Of a stretch of DNA of 64,000 nucleotides, positions 24,572 to 38,280 are shown in pieces. A program made the translations under genes and the position numbers. The DNA is from Albugo candida. Lineage: Eukaryota. How positions within the stretch are numbered: the stretch's first letter is position 1; each line of letters starts with the position of its first letter. The stretch spans positions 868,001 to 932,000 of the forward strand of contig JBDOQK010000003.1 of the NCBI GenBank assembly GCA_040437565.1, in the 5' to 3' direction. The notes beneath the pieces are model-generated. The model worked only from the letters and a program-made list of their open reading frames with translations. It was not told the DNA's origin and ran no database searches.

Positions 24572-26549
24572 CTAAACTTCCAATATGAGCGCACGATTTT
24601 CAGACGTAGCGATAGGAAGCATAANNNNNNNNNNNNNNNNNNNNNNNNNNNNNNNNNNNNNNNNNNNNNNNNNNNNNNNNNNNNNNNNNNNNNNNNNNNN
24701 NNNNNNNNNNNNNNNNNNNNNNNNGCACCATGTAGGACTAAACTTCCAATATGAGCGCACGATTTTCAGACGTAGCGATAGGAAGCATAATTTTTATCAC
24801 TTTACATGTGAAACGGATGACATCAGAAAAGTGCTTGTTATTATCGCTACTCTTCTTGAGAGCCGCATGTAAGCAATTTCTAGTGCTAACTTGTTCCTTT
24901 AGGCACACAGAGGTGGGACATTGAGCTTTGCCAAGTGAAACAACAGCGGACGGAGACGTGTTCTCGAAAAACCTCCACACAATCGCCCGGAAATTTAACG
25001 AACGGACTTCTCAGTCCAACATAACCCGAAAAGGATCGAAAGTTTGCCAGCGAACGTAATCGTCATTCTTACTTGTCCCCGCGATGAATATTTGTTGCGC
25101 GCTGTACCATCTCTTCCCTGCGTCCAAATCATGTCTTTTATGTGTGAGCCCAAATCTTATCGTAAAGGTACAATGCGAATTACTTGGAGTGTCCGAGAAA
25201 TCAATCTTTTCTAGATGGTGAAAAAAATGCCATATTAAGCCCAAAACATATCAGGGAATTGACATGATGCTATTTCTTCGGAGTGAAAATGCTACAAGTG
25301 TCGTGTACCCTCAGACTCTGCTATATCGCATGTCAAATACGAAATACTTTTTTTGCGCAAATACAAGTGTTCATTCAGTACCTTAGGAAAGATAATTTCT
25401 TCCAAGGGCGGATAGGTCTCTGAGAACGTGGAGGACCGGAATGAGCAGAATGTTATAAACTTACTTTTGTACATGAGAGTCGTTTCCGAGATGACTCGTA
25501 TGCTCGCAAGATAATGTATCTGACCTTAGATGAACATTTTTGTGAATAAGACGTAGTAGGTGGCCAAGGCACTCATCGTAAACACCCTAACGATGTCATT
25601 GGCGACGCTATAGTCTAGGCAAATGCTGTATGGCTCGAATTCTCCAACTAGCAATCTTGGTGCAGACCTGGGAGATCTTCAGTATATTTCGCAGACTAGA
25701 GTTATTCTTTGCGATCCACGAACAGCAATTGTGTACTCCAGAGCCGAGAACAGACGAAATCTATCGGAAGATAGAAATGTTCACTCTAGAGAGACCTCGA
25801 AATGAATTACTGAGTTTCACGGTATACGGGACGCCTATTCGGCTCGATGAACAACGCAGAAACCCATCCTGTGCACCTCTTTTTGTCATGTTCCCAAGCT
25901 GTCCTGTATTTACTTGGGCACCGCGAGTAGGAAGAGCGCTCAGATTAATGGAAAAGATGGGTGCTGGCATTCTTCTGCTTTGACACTTATTCCTTGCATC
26001 AATGTCCTTTAAAACGGCAGTAGAGCAGTATCCTGTACACTTTAAACTCCATCACGTGCTTCCAGGGAAATTGGTGACATCTTTCTGTCTGCGTACAGGC
26101 AACTAAATCTATTCATATTCTAAAGTTGATCTTACACGACCTAATCGCTTGGGGCATGGAACTTGGCCGCTCAGCCCTCTTTTCGATCAACTGTCAGCCA
26201 CAATTCTTTGCACCTCCACATTATTATCACCATTGCTTGCCATACCGAAGTTAAACTGAGAGCTGTGAGGCTCATTTATGCTTCGGGTTCAATGCTTCCT
26301 CCTGTCATCCTTTCAGATCATATAAATTGCATAACCATTCGGTTGCTCTCTGCAACAGTGCAAGCGGCCTCCATTCTTAGTCTCGTACACAAACGTATTC
26401 TGATATGTTGACGTGACGAATGAAGCCTTCCGCTTTCATCGTAAAGAATTGACGCACGAACTTTGACGGAAGGGATTACTGCTCTGTATACAGTCACTAA
26501 ACGAAAAGAACGCATGCAGCGATACTGGCAGCAGCAGACGCGATTTCTA
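24572..26549 (-). pseudogene. Decayed secreted-protein gene, possibly an Albugo CCG-type effector
   Basis: Signal-like KSRLLLPVSLHAFFSFSDC with no ATG, then a degenerate CxxCxxxxxG-like stretch at 26429-26456. Collinear minus-strand ORF fragments continue to ~24.6 kb. Confidence 0.3.
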
Positions 26550-27184
26550 CTCTGTCTTTATTATAAAAGACGGAAAACCATCCTGCACGTATAGTAAGGT
26601 TGTGTGAAGTCTCCCAACAAACTTATCCAAACTTCAAAGTACAGAACATTAGCCATGTCTGGTATAAATGTACTTGACTTTACTCGCATCTGAAATTGTG
26701 CAAAATACTTCAAATCGAAGAACTAATGGCTATACCCAATACGAGTCGACTAATCCGACAAATGAACTGGAGATTTAAACATCTGAGTTTGTATGCCGGG
26801 AAATAGAAATCTATAACTTGTCTGATGAAAGTGGTAGGAAGGACAATCACTCTCAGACTTTCTCCTTTGAAATATAAAGCGTTTCACTCTCAAAAGATGA
26901 GATGCGATTGAGTAAATCAAAGCACACATCTCCATTGCGTTTGATGAACGATCTTCATACCTAATTGTCGAAAATATAGTGTCGACACGTTGCAATAGAG
27001 AGATTGCAAATGGAAAGATGGACAGGAGAGGAAACTTTGCGAAAATAAAGAACGCACCAAGTCATTTATTGGTTATAAATCGATTATAAAAAGTGTTTTG
27101 TCCGTTTTGACAGAAAACATTCAATTTCAATTTCACTTTCGACCCGCGCAAATTCGATAAAAAGGCAAGCGTCAGCGTCGACAC

Positions 27185-30100
27185 ATGTCGAATGATGTCG
27201 ATACAACAAGAGATCGCACAAGTGTGCAAGTGATTGTTCGGATTCGTCCGCTTTTGCCCAAAGAATTCGCAGCAAAAGCGAAGATTTCCCTTCAATCAGA
27301 TGATGTATCCATTCGCATCCCAAATAGTAGCCCCTTTCCTCCACAGGGATCTCTGCCAGCTAAAACCTTCACGTAAGCGCTTGGACGCGATCTATCACAT
27401 CATCTGATACTCTCCTTCTCCTCTAGATTCGATCGCGTGTTCTCTCCGCAGACAAGTCAAACGGGTGCGCTTTGAGCCTCAAAAGGTAATGAAAAGTGGA
27501 TACTGACGTACTATAATGCTCTAGAGTTCTATGACCAATCTCTCAAGCCTTTGATGGACACCTTTATGCAGGGATTCAATGTGACTGTGGTGGCGTATGG
27601 ACAGACAGGATCCGGGAAGACGTTCACAATGGGCAATCAGGCCAATAGGACAATGGATGCTGCCTGCTTCATTGCTGAAGATGCACAAGATTCCAATTAT
27701 GATGATGGATTGATACCGAGATTCCTAAATGAGTATTTTGGACGAATGGAAAAGGAGAAAGAGGAACGTCGACATGAGTTTCAAGTGTTTGTGTCTTACT
27801 TGGAGATATACGGAGAAGAAATACACGATCTATTGGAACCGAGAATGTCTGTTTCGGATAATTTGGTTAATGGGAATGCATCGCTTGAGAAGCTTCAATT
27901 ACGCGAGGGAAAATCGGGAGTTTATGTTCAAGGACTGTCAGAAATTAGGGTGCAGTCGTGTGAGGAAGCGATGGAGCAAATGCGTGTCGGTTGTTTGCGG
28001 AGAATCACTGGAAGCACTGAGATGAATGACCATTCTAGTCGATCTCATGCGGTTTATACCGTCAAAATGGTGCGTTTTGTACGAAGGTCCAGACCACACG
28101 AAAGCACGAGTACAGGCTCAAGCTCAGGCTCAGGCTCTTGGATTCCCTCTGAAAGATGTGATGCAGACAATTATAAATGTGACGATGAAAACAACGGCTT
28201 GCGTGAAGAGATTTTGAACGCCACAATCATTTCCAAACTGACGTTTGTCGATTTGGCGGGAAGCGAGCGATTAAAGAAAACTATGGCGGAAGGAACGCGG
28301 ATGAAAGAGGGAATACAAATCAATTCGGGACTGCTAGCGTTGGGAAATGTGATAAACGCCTTGGGCGTCGAAAGACGACGCCCCAACATCAATGCATTCG
28401 TCCCATATAGAGCCAGTAAACTCACAAGACTCTTACAAGATGCTTTGGGTGGAAACAGCCGCACTTTGTTTATGTAAGCTGACCGCTTTCTATGAGATTT
28501 CATTCCACTGATTTTCTTTTGTAGCGCCTGTGTGTCGTCAACGCATCAAAGTCTCAATGAAACGCATAGTACTCTTCAGTACGCAAACAGAGCCAAAAAC
28601 ATACAAAACAAAGCAGTCAAAAACATTGATACGCGAACTGCAGAGATGATGGCACTTCGAGCTATCAATTCTCTGTTTAGACGAGAATTGCTCAAGGCTC
28701 GTCTGCTACTTCCAAACAAGCGAGAAACTATTTCTTCAAACTCCACTCAGACTGAAGCTTATCTGGAGAAGCTGCTGCAGGATCCATCTATCATTGAAAT
28801 ATTGCAAAAGATGGAGGAATTGGCTGTCTCGGCATACGATTCTTGCGTCCCATTAAGCGCTCTGGCCGAACAATGTGAGACTCTATGGGCTCGGAGCTTT
28901 GTGTCGGAGACTGTAATGAATTGTGGGACATATAGCAATAGCCAAATTGCTAGTAGCACTACCAACGGAACTAGCAGTACGAACTCCAGCATATCGAGTC
29001 GATTTCTTCTGGGTGGCGATGATTGTGTTAGTGATATCTCATGCTCATGCAGCCAAAGTGGTGTGTATGGGTGCACATGTGGCGAGTCTAGCGCTACGGT
29101 CAGCACAAATGGAGATGGTACTTGTGCCGGCGAAGATTTGATTGATTTGCAAAACGAAAGTCAATCGTGTTCGGACGTTGTCAAAGGACATGCAAATTGC
29201 CAGAACTGGAACACTTTTTTGGCTGTGTTGGAAGTCGTTTCCCTCTCACTGGAAATACGTCTGATGCGTCAGAATGTGAAGATAGCAAATGAGGGCTTTC
29301 AAGAAAAGATTCAACGGCAGACAAAACGAGTTGATCGATGTAAATGCATTGCTAATACGGCATATGAAGCTTTTGAACAGGCGAGGAGTGATTCAGAGCG
29401 TGTGGAAATCGCAAAGAAACGCGTAGAGGCCTTGCACCAGAACACTTTGCACTTGGAAGAACAACTGAAAGCGTTGTATGATCAATGCCGTCAGCAAAAT
29501 GAAAAACGGCACGAAGAAATCCGACGAAAATGCATTCATTTGGAGATCACTCGGCGCTCTATCAAACATCGAAATCACGAAATGGAGAAAGTCCAACCGC
29601 TCGATGTTTTATTTCGATCGGAAGAAGTCAAACGACGATTTGGAATACAAAAGCTGTGCCAGGTTGCTGAGAAGATTCAAATCGAAAATGATGAAATGGC
29701 GATACTCCTAAACAACGATTCTGACCGAATTGCTCGCGGTATCTTGGCGTTTTCTGATCCTCTGTGCTCACCTCAAAAGCTCAAGAACGAAAAGGAACCT
29801 CTACAGACAGCGGAAATTCTTATGAGAGAATTCAACGATATCTTTAATGAAACGATTGAAATGGAAGTCTTGGAAGCCACATACTCGGTTCAAGTACGTT
29901 CTCGAACGCGTTTGATTGAAGAATTGAGCGATTCAGAGCTGGAAATGGATCCAACGGTGAAAGAACAGCAACTCGCGAAGTGTGAATCAAATATACGTCG
30001 TCTGACGGATCTACTCGACGACTATGGAACACTGGAGAAGAGCCAACTGCGAAATCGGTTTGATGCTGCGTTGCATTCCATTCCGAGTCTTGATAGCGCC

Positions 30101-32566
30101 CTTCATATCATTCGAAAAATGGCCGAAGAAGTACACGTACATCGACGACTTTTGAGTCGAAATTGCTTGGAATTGACGGACACTATGACTGAGAAACAAT
30201 CGAATGATCAGATTCCGGAGAAGCTCATGTCCGTAGAAGAGCATCAAGAAAAGATGCAAGCACTCATGATACAACATGAAGAAGAATTGGCTGACATCTT
30301 ATGTCTCCAAGGCTCAAAGCTTGACTCCGACACGGATAAGACGACCGAAACTTCCAACAAAGTCGACGCACACGCACGGCAGATCCACTCTTTGAGCTCG
30401 AAATTCAACGTATTGAAAGAGAAGCTGAAGGATGTGGAGACGGAGCGAGATATCGCAACTCATAAAGCGGCCCAAGCCGATGAGAAATTGTCAGTTGCAC
30501 AAAGACAAATCGAGAGTCTGAAGACGAGAATGGAACAAGCAAAAGAGGACAGAGAATTGTCTGGATTATTGGAGAAATGTCGCACAATGTGGCGAGAATT
30601 AGGACGGAATGTGTCGGATGAAAATGCAAAATTTCAAGATATCAATACGATTCTGAGGCAACGCTGCAATGAAGAATTGGCAGAACTTGAAAACACGAGA
30701 AAGCGACTCACTCAACGCGCGATGAATCTATACGATCAAGTGAAAATGGTTGAGAAGCTCCTTCATGTCGAAAAAGACGCACAAGTCGTCTCTTTCCACG
30801 AGCTTTGTACCGTCACAAGTGATTCCTTACTGCAGCAAGAACAATACCTTTCAGGTCGATACAAAACATACAAAGACACAATCAGAGATCGCCTGCAAGT
30901 CAAAATTCGGATGTGGCAAAATATCAGCGAAATTATAGACGTGTTGCAAATCCGTCAGGCGACAGACTTTCGATACATTTCAGGCGACCGAGTCGTCCAC
31001 CAATTTTCGCCGTTGAACGCTTTGACACTCATTCTCTACGGAAATGATGCAACAAATACTCAGCCTGCACTTTCAGTTTGGAAAGAGTTTTTAGCGGATC
31101 CCATGCGACTCGATGGAGCACTTGGCACTTTACAAGGCGATGGGAACTCATTTTTTTCAGAAAATGCTCTTTCAGACGACAAAGCATTTCGTGATGCACT
31201 CTGCGAAGAGAAATCCGCACGACTGAAGCACTTTGGCGAATACTTTAGAGAAATTGAGCGATTGTCGAAGCAAATGGAATTCTCTTTGGAGGAATTGCAT
31301 CGCTTTGGAATGTGTTTAGCGGACGATCGGATGAATGATACGAAAATACAAAACACTTTATTGACGCTTAATGGAAAAGGTGGACACGTAGACCTGTGCT
31401 GTGTGACGTTAGATTTCTTGGAACGTCTCAAATGCGAGCTGGCAAAAGTATTTCAAGGTCGTCAAGACGCGATGAGATGCTTTCAAATGACATTGGGACT
31501 TGTTGCAAAGCTTCGAAGTGATATGTTTCAAGCACGTGGACCCGATCTTCACGCTTTATTGAGTCAGCACACGTGGGATTTGGATGCGTGTGCTTTGAAA
31601 CTGAAGGATTTGGATGTGAATGACTCTGCGTATTGCACTTTGGCGGCATTCAGAATGGGGAAGCGATGTCTTTTAAACGAAGCGATTCTGTGGCACGCGG
31701 CGACGAGAGCGTTTCTGAGTACAATAAATGCTGAAATGTCACCTTTTGGCATCGAATCGAATGCGGATCGTATGCGATTTCTGCTTGGAAGTAAAAACGG
31801 CCAAGAGAGATCCTCGGATCGATTACTGTTGGAACGGTTTTACAATGATATCGTACAGGAGAAGCAATCAAACGGTCAAGATTCGTTGATCTTGGAAATA
31901 GACCCAATCTTCATGGAGTTGGGCGTATTCCTCGCGCCGTCGTACGCCAAAGAATCGATTCATGAGCTCCAGGATCTGGCTCGTGACATTGAAAGCGTAG
32001 AGCAATTGGTGCAGAGAGCCCGTGTCCAACTGAGTTCTCTTCAAACAATCATGAAATTGTACACGAAAATCGACAAATACAATCGTGAAATCGCCATATT
32101 CAATGAGGAAGCAAGCAAGAAATCGCGATTGTACGGAAGTTCCGACTGTTTGGTACGGGAAGCCAGATATCGCGCCAAAGTCGCCAAAGAGTATCCGACG
32201 CTACTTACGACATTCAAAATAGCGCTTTGTCGATGGGGAATTCGAAAATTAGACAAAGACAAGGAACTCCGTCATATTGAGCAGGAATTTGATCCAAGTA
32301 TTTTGGGCGCGGAATTCCAACAATTTCTGAGAAATATGGTCAATACGAAGACAGTGCTTTTGCATTTGGATCTGGGAATGATGAACGTACAAGCGGATGG
32401 CTCAAGGAGATCTCGAATGTCTGCGAGATCTACCACGACGACCGCGATGATGCCGAGATCAGGATCCATGCAAGCACTTGTGAGCCCGACTTCACACCGA
32501 AGACGGCGTGCTCGTACGTCATCAACGTCATATTCAACCCCGCGAAGAAATCATTCAAATTTGTGA
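27185..32566 (+). CDS. Kinesin-4-like motor fused to a C-terminal MAP65/Ase1/PRC1-like domain (~1738 aa). Exons 27185-27372, 27427-27464, 27525-28473, 28525-32566.
   Basis: Motor motifs: VIVRIRPL, P-loop GQTGSGKT, NDHSSRSH, DLAGSE, KEGIQINSGLLALGNVINALG, VPYRASKLTRLLQDALGGN. A coiled-coil stalk follows. The C-terminal third has MAP65-like LLEKCRTMWRELG... and EASKKSRLYGSSDCLVREARYRAKVAKEYPTL...W. Splicing restores frame (5217 nt). Confidence 0.92.
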
Positions 32567-32622
32567 AAAAGCAAAAGCGATTTATTTTCAAATGTCTGAC
32601 GTCGTCTATGCACGTCGACACC

Positions 32623-33727
32623 TTACGGAGTCTTTTGAAGCTGTCGGAGTTGATATTTTTGATATTTACTGGTGATCTCACCGCTCAGACCCAAAAATAC
32701 AACTGCGACGCCAGCCCATGACACCCACGTGAGCTGATTCCCAAACCAAAACACAGAGAATAAAATGGTGAAGAATTTACGTGTGGTTGTTATGGTCGTG
32801 CAAGTGAGTGCTGAGAATCGCTGAATGGTGAAATAGATAAAGTTTTGACCCATGGCACTGCAAATGGAAAAGTAGAAAATGGATTGCAAAATGGTGGGAT
32901 TCTCCATACAAAATCTCATTCCTGTCCATGCGTGACCCGATAGAATGGCTCCGATACCCGTGTACACCACTGCCCATAGATTCGTATACATCATTTGCTG
33001 ATGCACAGAAGGTCTCAATTGCTGACACAATTGCTCTTGCTTTGGTCCAGAGACTCCATCCAATGTCAACGAAGCGAACAACAGAAACAAACCGTAAAAG
33101 CTATTTTCTTGCGTGGAATGTTTCCCTGAAGACGCAGTGGCCATCTTTCCCAATTGGAACATTGTGATTCCGAGTGTGATGAGAACAACACAGAGATATT
33201 CCTGCATGGAGTACTTTTTGTTACCGAGAAGGACACCCATCAACATGACGGGAATCATTTTGCACGACTTTCCAAGCGCTTGTGTGGGATAACTGACGTG
33301 TTTGAGAGCTTCATTGCTGCATAGCATCGCGCCCAAGTATGCGAATGCTGTGAATGCAAAGGGCTTAAGGGGTAGTGTGGGCTTTTCCGGCTTCCAGAAG
33401 AAGGTCGCTAGAATAGAGGAAATTACAAAAATAGTACGACATGCACACGGAATTACAATCTTACCCACATACGCTACAAGTGAATTTGTAACGCACTGAA
33501 TGAACAATAGAAATAAAGTTGAAGTGAATTTCTGATTGTTGCTGTCTTTGTAGCGAAAGCTGATGTGATGGACGCATTTAGTTGGCGGGTTGCGTGTTTG
33601 CGGGTGAAAGCACGTACATGTTTTCTTGGAAAATGCCGTAGGAAAGGTAGCAGATGTAGATACCGCCAATGCAAACGAGTAGATCGAAGATGGAATTCGA
33701 CGATGCGCGATTACTCAGGTTTTTCAT
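32623..33727 (-). CDS. SLC35B1: UAA-family nucleotide-sugar transporter (SLC35B1/HUT1-like), 2 introns
   Basis: IYICYLSYGIFQE, ALKHVSYPTQALGKSCKMIPVM, SLTLDG, GQNFIY and TTITTTRKFFTIL, with multiple TM segments. Confidence 0.9.
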
Positions 33728-34070
33728 ACTGATTTGGCGTGGCGAAAAGCTGAAATGAAGTCAAACGCAAGACAATTGTTGACGTTTGCCACGTGTTACA
33801 TCCGCATGAGTGTACCGTTATTTGTTCGCTAAATACGATACGTAGAGGTTGTTTGTTTTGTCGACAGTATAAATCTGCTGATATGAAAATGACTGTGGTC
33901 GGTCAGAAATGCTTCATTGTATATGATACATCACAAGAGAAAAGGTTTGTGCTAGTTGTCTTCACCTTTGAGAAATAGAGACACGCTCGATTGGTCATTC
34001 GACAATAGTATCCTAACAAGTTACGTAGCAGCATACATCCGTTACATACTGTTAACTGCAGCATTGAAGA

Positions 34071-35678
34071 ATGAAAGTCGCCGCAGCAAATGATAAAGAC
34101 GCGTTACTATTTCTGAATTTCAATCAAAATGCGTCGTGCGTCATCGCTTCTTTCGTTCCAGTAGTACCATAATACTAAAAAGCCCGTATTCTTGTAGCTG
34201 TATAAGTGCGGGAACGCACAAAGGCTTTGCAATTTACAATTGCGAGCCGTTCAAAAAATGTTTCCAGGAAGAAATCGGAGGCATTGGCATCGCAGAAATG
34301 CTCTATTGCACTAGTTTGGTGGCACTCGTTGGGGCTGGAGAGATAGTAAGTGCACCAAAACGCCTTCAAGTTCGTTTATATGACTGCGCTTTGTAGCCCG
34401 CATTCTCACCCCGCCGACTACGAATGTGGAATACGAAAAGTGGAGAGGCTATCTGCGATCTCAACTTTGTCACTGCTGTTCTCGCTGTGCGTATGAACAA
34501 TCAGCGGTACTTGAGAACGCGTTATGTCATCAGATGCTTTAATGGACTTTTGTTTCATTGTGCTGAATGATCAGTCTAGTTGTCATTTTGGAGCGTACTA
34601 TTCACATTTTCGACATCAAAAGCATGAAAATACTGCAATCGCTGGATACGTCGCCCAATCCAAACGCTTTATGTGTTTTATCGCCGCACGATAATAGTCA
34701 TTTGGCATTTCCGAGTGGAGCTTTAATGGGAGAAATCGTCTTGTACGATGCAAACAATCTCAGCGTGTTAAACGCATTTCAAGCACATCGGACGCCGCCA
34801 GTGGCAATGACATTCAATGCGGATGGGACAAAGCTTGCGACCGCTTCAGAAACTGTGAGTGGGCATTTTGGAGATAGGAGTTAACTTAGGCTCAACGATC
34901 TGGTAGGGTACTTTGATACGCGTCTTTGATATTCCAAGCGGAAGAAAATTGGCTGCTTTTCGGAGAGGATCATACCCTGCATTCATTTATTGTCTTGCAT
35001 TCAATGAGATATCGACGATATTATGTGCATCAAGTGATACAGGCACCATCCATTTCTTCTCGCTCAACGGCACAGAGAGTTCAGCAAGCGGAAGTTTTGG
35101 AGTTTTTGCACCCATCACATCCACACTCGCTTCATCTCGTGATGCATCCGATACATCGAGTACAGGAAAAAGTACAAGCACAAGTGTACCTCCAAAAAGT
35201 AAGACGACACAGCGCCCTGGAGCTCCAAGTACCACGACCACCAGCACAAGTATGGATCAAGTTGTGGAATCGTTTGGAGCATATCTTCCATCTACACTGG
35301 CTGGAATCACAGAAGGAACACGAGATTTCGCATATGTTGGGATCAGAACCATTTATTGTACCGTCTTCTCCAGTCTTGATCATTGATATTGTCCATTTAC
35401 GTTTTCTGGTAGGCGCGAATTCGATCCAATCGTGCCTTGAATATTTGCGCTGTTCATGGGCCAGACGAAGACAATATCGTTCGCCTTTACGTTGTTACTA
35501 TCGATGGATACTTTTATGAGTATTCGATGCTTTTGGACGTTGGTGGAGAATGCAAATTGAAAAGGGTGTGTAAATTGAATTAGGCAGAGTCTTATTACTT
35601 ATTCATTGTATACTACAGGAAAATGTGCTGTTTGAGACGGCTTCAGAAGAAATTCAAGCGGTGTATCTCAATAACTAG
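34071..35678 (+). CDS. ATG18: ATG18/WIPI PROPPIN beta-propeller, multi-exon
   Basis: [33 protein letters not shown], the FRRG phosphoinositide motif and [10 protein letters not shown]. Stop TAG at 35676-35678. Confidence 0.93.
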
Positions 35679-35969
35679 CGAATGGAAACGGTTGCGCGTC
35701 AATGGAAGCGAATATCGATGTAATAACGCGCTGAGTTGTGCTCTCATATTCGATTGGAATCTGCTGCGGGCATCATAGTTGATGTTTGATTGGTTGATAA
35801 ATTAAGCGATACGCTGATATCATTCGCTAAGAAAAACTATTTTTACTTTACTTATCTTGCGATAAGATTGTTAGGTTTCAACACTGGCGCTTTTGTACAC
35901 TCATTCTATTACGCTTTTTACGCTTTTGTGCTTTCAGCGATTTGCTGTGAACACCGACGACCGTATCGA

Positions 35970-38127
35970 ATGAGAATACGGATGCGGGACGGCCTCTTTC
36001 ACACATCCCTGATTGCTTCTTTCATTATCGCCGTCTTTTGGAAAGCGACAATAGATCCCATTCATACTGCGAATGCTCTATCATCAAACGGCAGAATGAC
36101 GCTACAGCTCAAACCTTTTGATGCGCGTACGCTCGAAGTCGCAAAGAGATATCGTCGATCGCTTTTTTCAGTGGACCAAAATGAGGTGGTTCCATTAAAT
36201 TTGGGAATGGGGTGCGTTTAGCGTTTTTAATCAAATTAACGAATTTCTTAACTTTTGATTTTGCAGCACACATTTCGCATGGATTTACGTCGGAACGCCT
36301 CCACAACGCGTCTCCATAATCATTGATACCGGTAGCGGAATGACTGCCTTTCCTTGCTCGGGTTGTGATCAGTGCGGTAACCATACCGATAATCCTTTCG
36401 ACACAAAGCTGTCCTCTTCATTAAGAGCTATTTCCTGCAACGATCGAACGTACTTCAACTGCGCTTACTGCGAGAAATCCACCGATGCTTGCAAAGTGCA
36501 ACAAGTAAGTGATACGTCCTAATCTAAGGTGAATTTACGCTGACAACATCATCATAGACGTATATGGAAGGAAGCAGCTGGAGTGCTAAAGTGATGGAAG
36601 ACACAGTCTATCTTGGGGATGTCGCAAGTCATAACGATAATCAATTGCAAAATTCGTACTCTACACGATACATGTTTGGCTGTCAGAATCGAGAAACTGG
36701 ACTTTTCATTCCGCAAGTGGCTGATGGGATCATGGGAATTCATAATAGCGGTACGGTCTGCGTACTCGATGTTATAAACAACGGCTGATGAAGTTTATGA
36801 TATAGAGAATGACATTGTGACGAAATTGTATCGTGAAAAGAAGATTCCCACCAATACATTCACTCTGTGTTTTGCACCAAATGGAGGATACTTTGCACTT
36901 GGTGCCCCAGACACTTCGAGACACGCTGGCGCTGTGACGTATGTGAGGATCAATAGTGCACCTTACGAAAGGTAAAGATAACGATTTTTTATTCACCGAT
37001 TTATGGGACTGACAATATTTTTTTATAGTTACTATGCTGTTTTCATGACCGATATACGAGTCGGAGGACACTCGATCGGTGTCGATATGAAAGCAACTGG
37101 ATCTTTCCGATACATTGTGGACAGCGGTACGACCAATTCAATCGTTCCTGGACATGTTGGACAAGAGTTGGTCAATATGTATCGTAATTTGACACATATG
37201 AAGGATGCATTTGTCGCTGATGATTGCATTCTATTGAGTCAAAGTCAAATCGAGCAACTCCCATCACTTCAATTTGTGATGGAAGGTGTCAACGGTGAAC
37301 AAGCGATTTTGGAGATTTCGGCATTACAATACTTACAATACAATGACAAGAATCAGAGTTGTTTCAATATTCTCGTCAATACGCGTCAGAACGGGGGAGT
37401 CATTGGAGCGAGTATGATGATGAATCACGATGTGATTTTTGATCGATCGCAAAACAAAGTAGGGTTTGTACCTGCAAACTGCACGTTTGGAGGCGATACG
37501 GAGCCAAATTCACATAGAAACAATGTCAATATCCCCAGCAGCACGAATCTAACATTTCCATCACCCAAGCAGACCGATCTTCCCAAAGAGAGGGATTCCA
37601 TAGACGATGAAGCAAAACCTGAGATTGCGATTGTTAATCCGGCGATCAATCAGATTCTCGAAACTGAGACGAAAACCACCAACGTCAAGCAACAAGAAAC
37701 GGAACATGAGCGTCCAATTATTGTCAAGTTGGTGGGAACGCTTCTAGTCTTGGCATTTTTCGGTGCAATTATCCTTTCGTTCAAGCTGAAGCAGAGAAAA
37801 CAGCGTAAAGATTGGAGTCGTGTGAATGAAGACGAAGACGATGCTGTCAGCTCTGAAGATATGGATGACGATGAAGAGTTTGGACTCGTGGATGCCGAAG
37901 CAAGTGATCGCTCGACCAAGAAAGGAAAGTCTCTGCGGACGCAACGTTCTGACGATATAACGGATCCAAATGAAACCCACGATGAAGATGAGCTTGTAGA
38001 GGTGCAAATACGTGACAAGAGATACATGTCGATCGATCAAGAGACCGCAAGCGATCAAGAGGATGAGATTTTCGAGTCGAAAACGGAGGAATCCAAGTAC
38101 CACACGAACGTTTTGGAACGTATGTGA
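35970..38127 (+). CDS. Plasmepsin V-like A1 aspartic protease with signal peptide, C-terminal TM and acidic tail
   Basis: Hydrophobic N-terminus; YVGTPPQRVSIIIDTGS; nepenthesin-type Cys insert PCSGCDQCGNH; FGCQNRETGLF; second catalytic motif IVDSGT; TM LVGTLLVLAFFGAIILSF. Confidence 0.9.
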
Positions 38128-38280
38128 TTAGAGATTGGTCATAATAAAATAGACGCATTGACTGATTGGCTTAATATGCCAGACATCAATGTGATTGACT
38201 AAAACGTGTCGTCATATGATTGGATTAAAATCAAGATTGTAAAATAAGTTACGCTTTGAATTACGGTCACGCTTCATGTT

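Noticed and set aside
28105-28140. Short repeat (caggctcaagctcaggctcaggct) in the kinesin
   Set aside because: Encodes a Ser/Gly loop insertion in the motor domain; ordinary coding low-complexity sequence.
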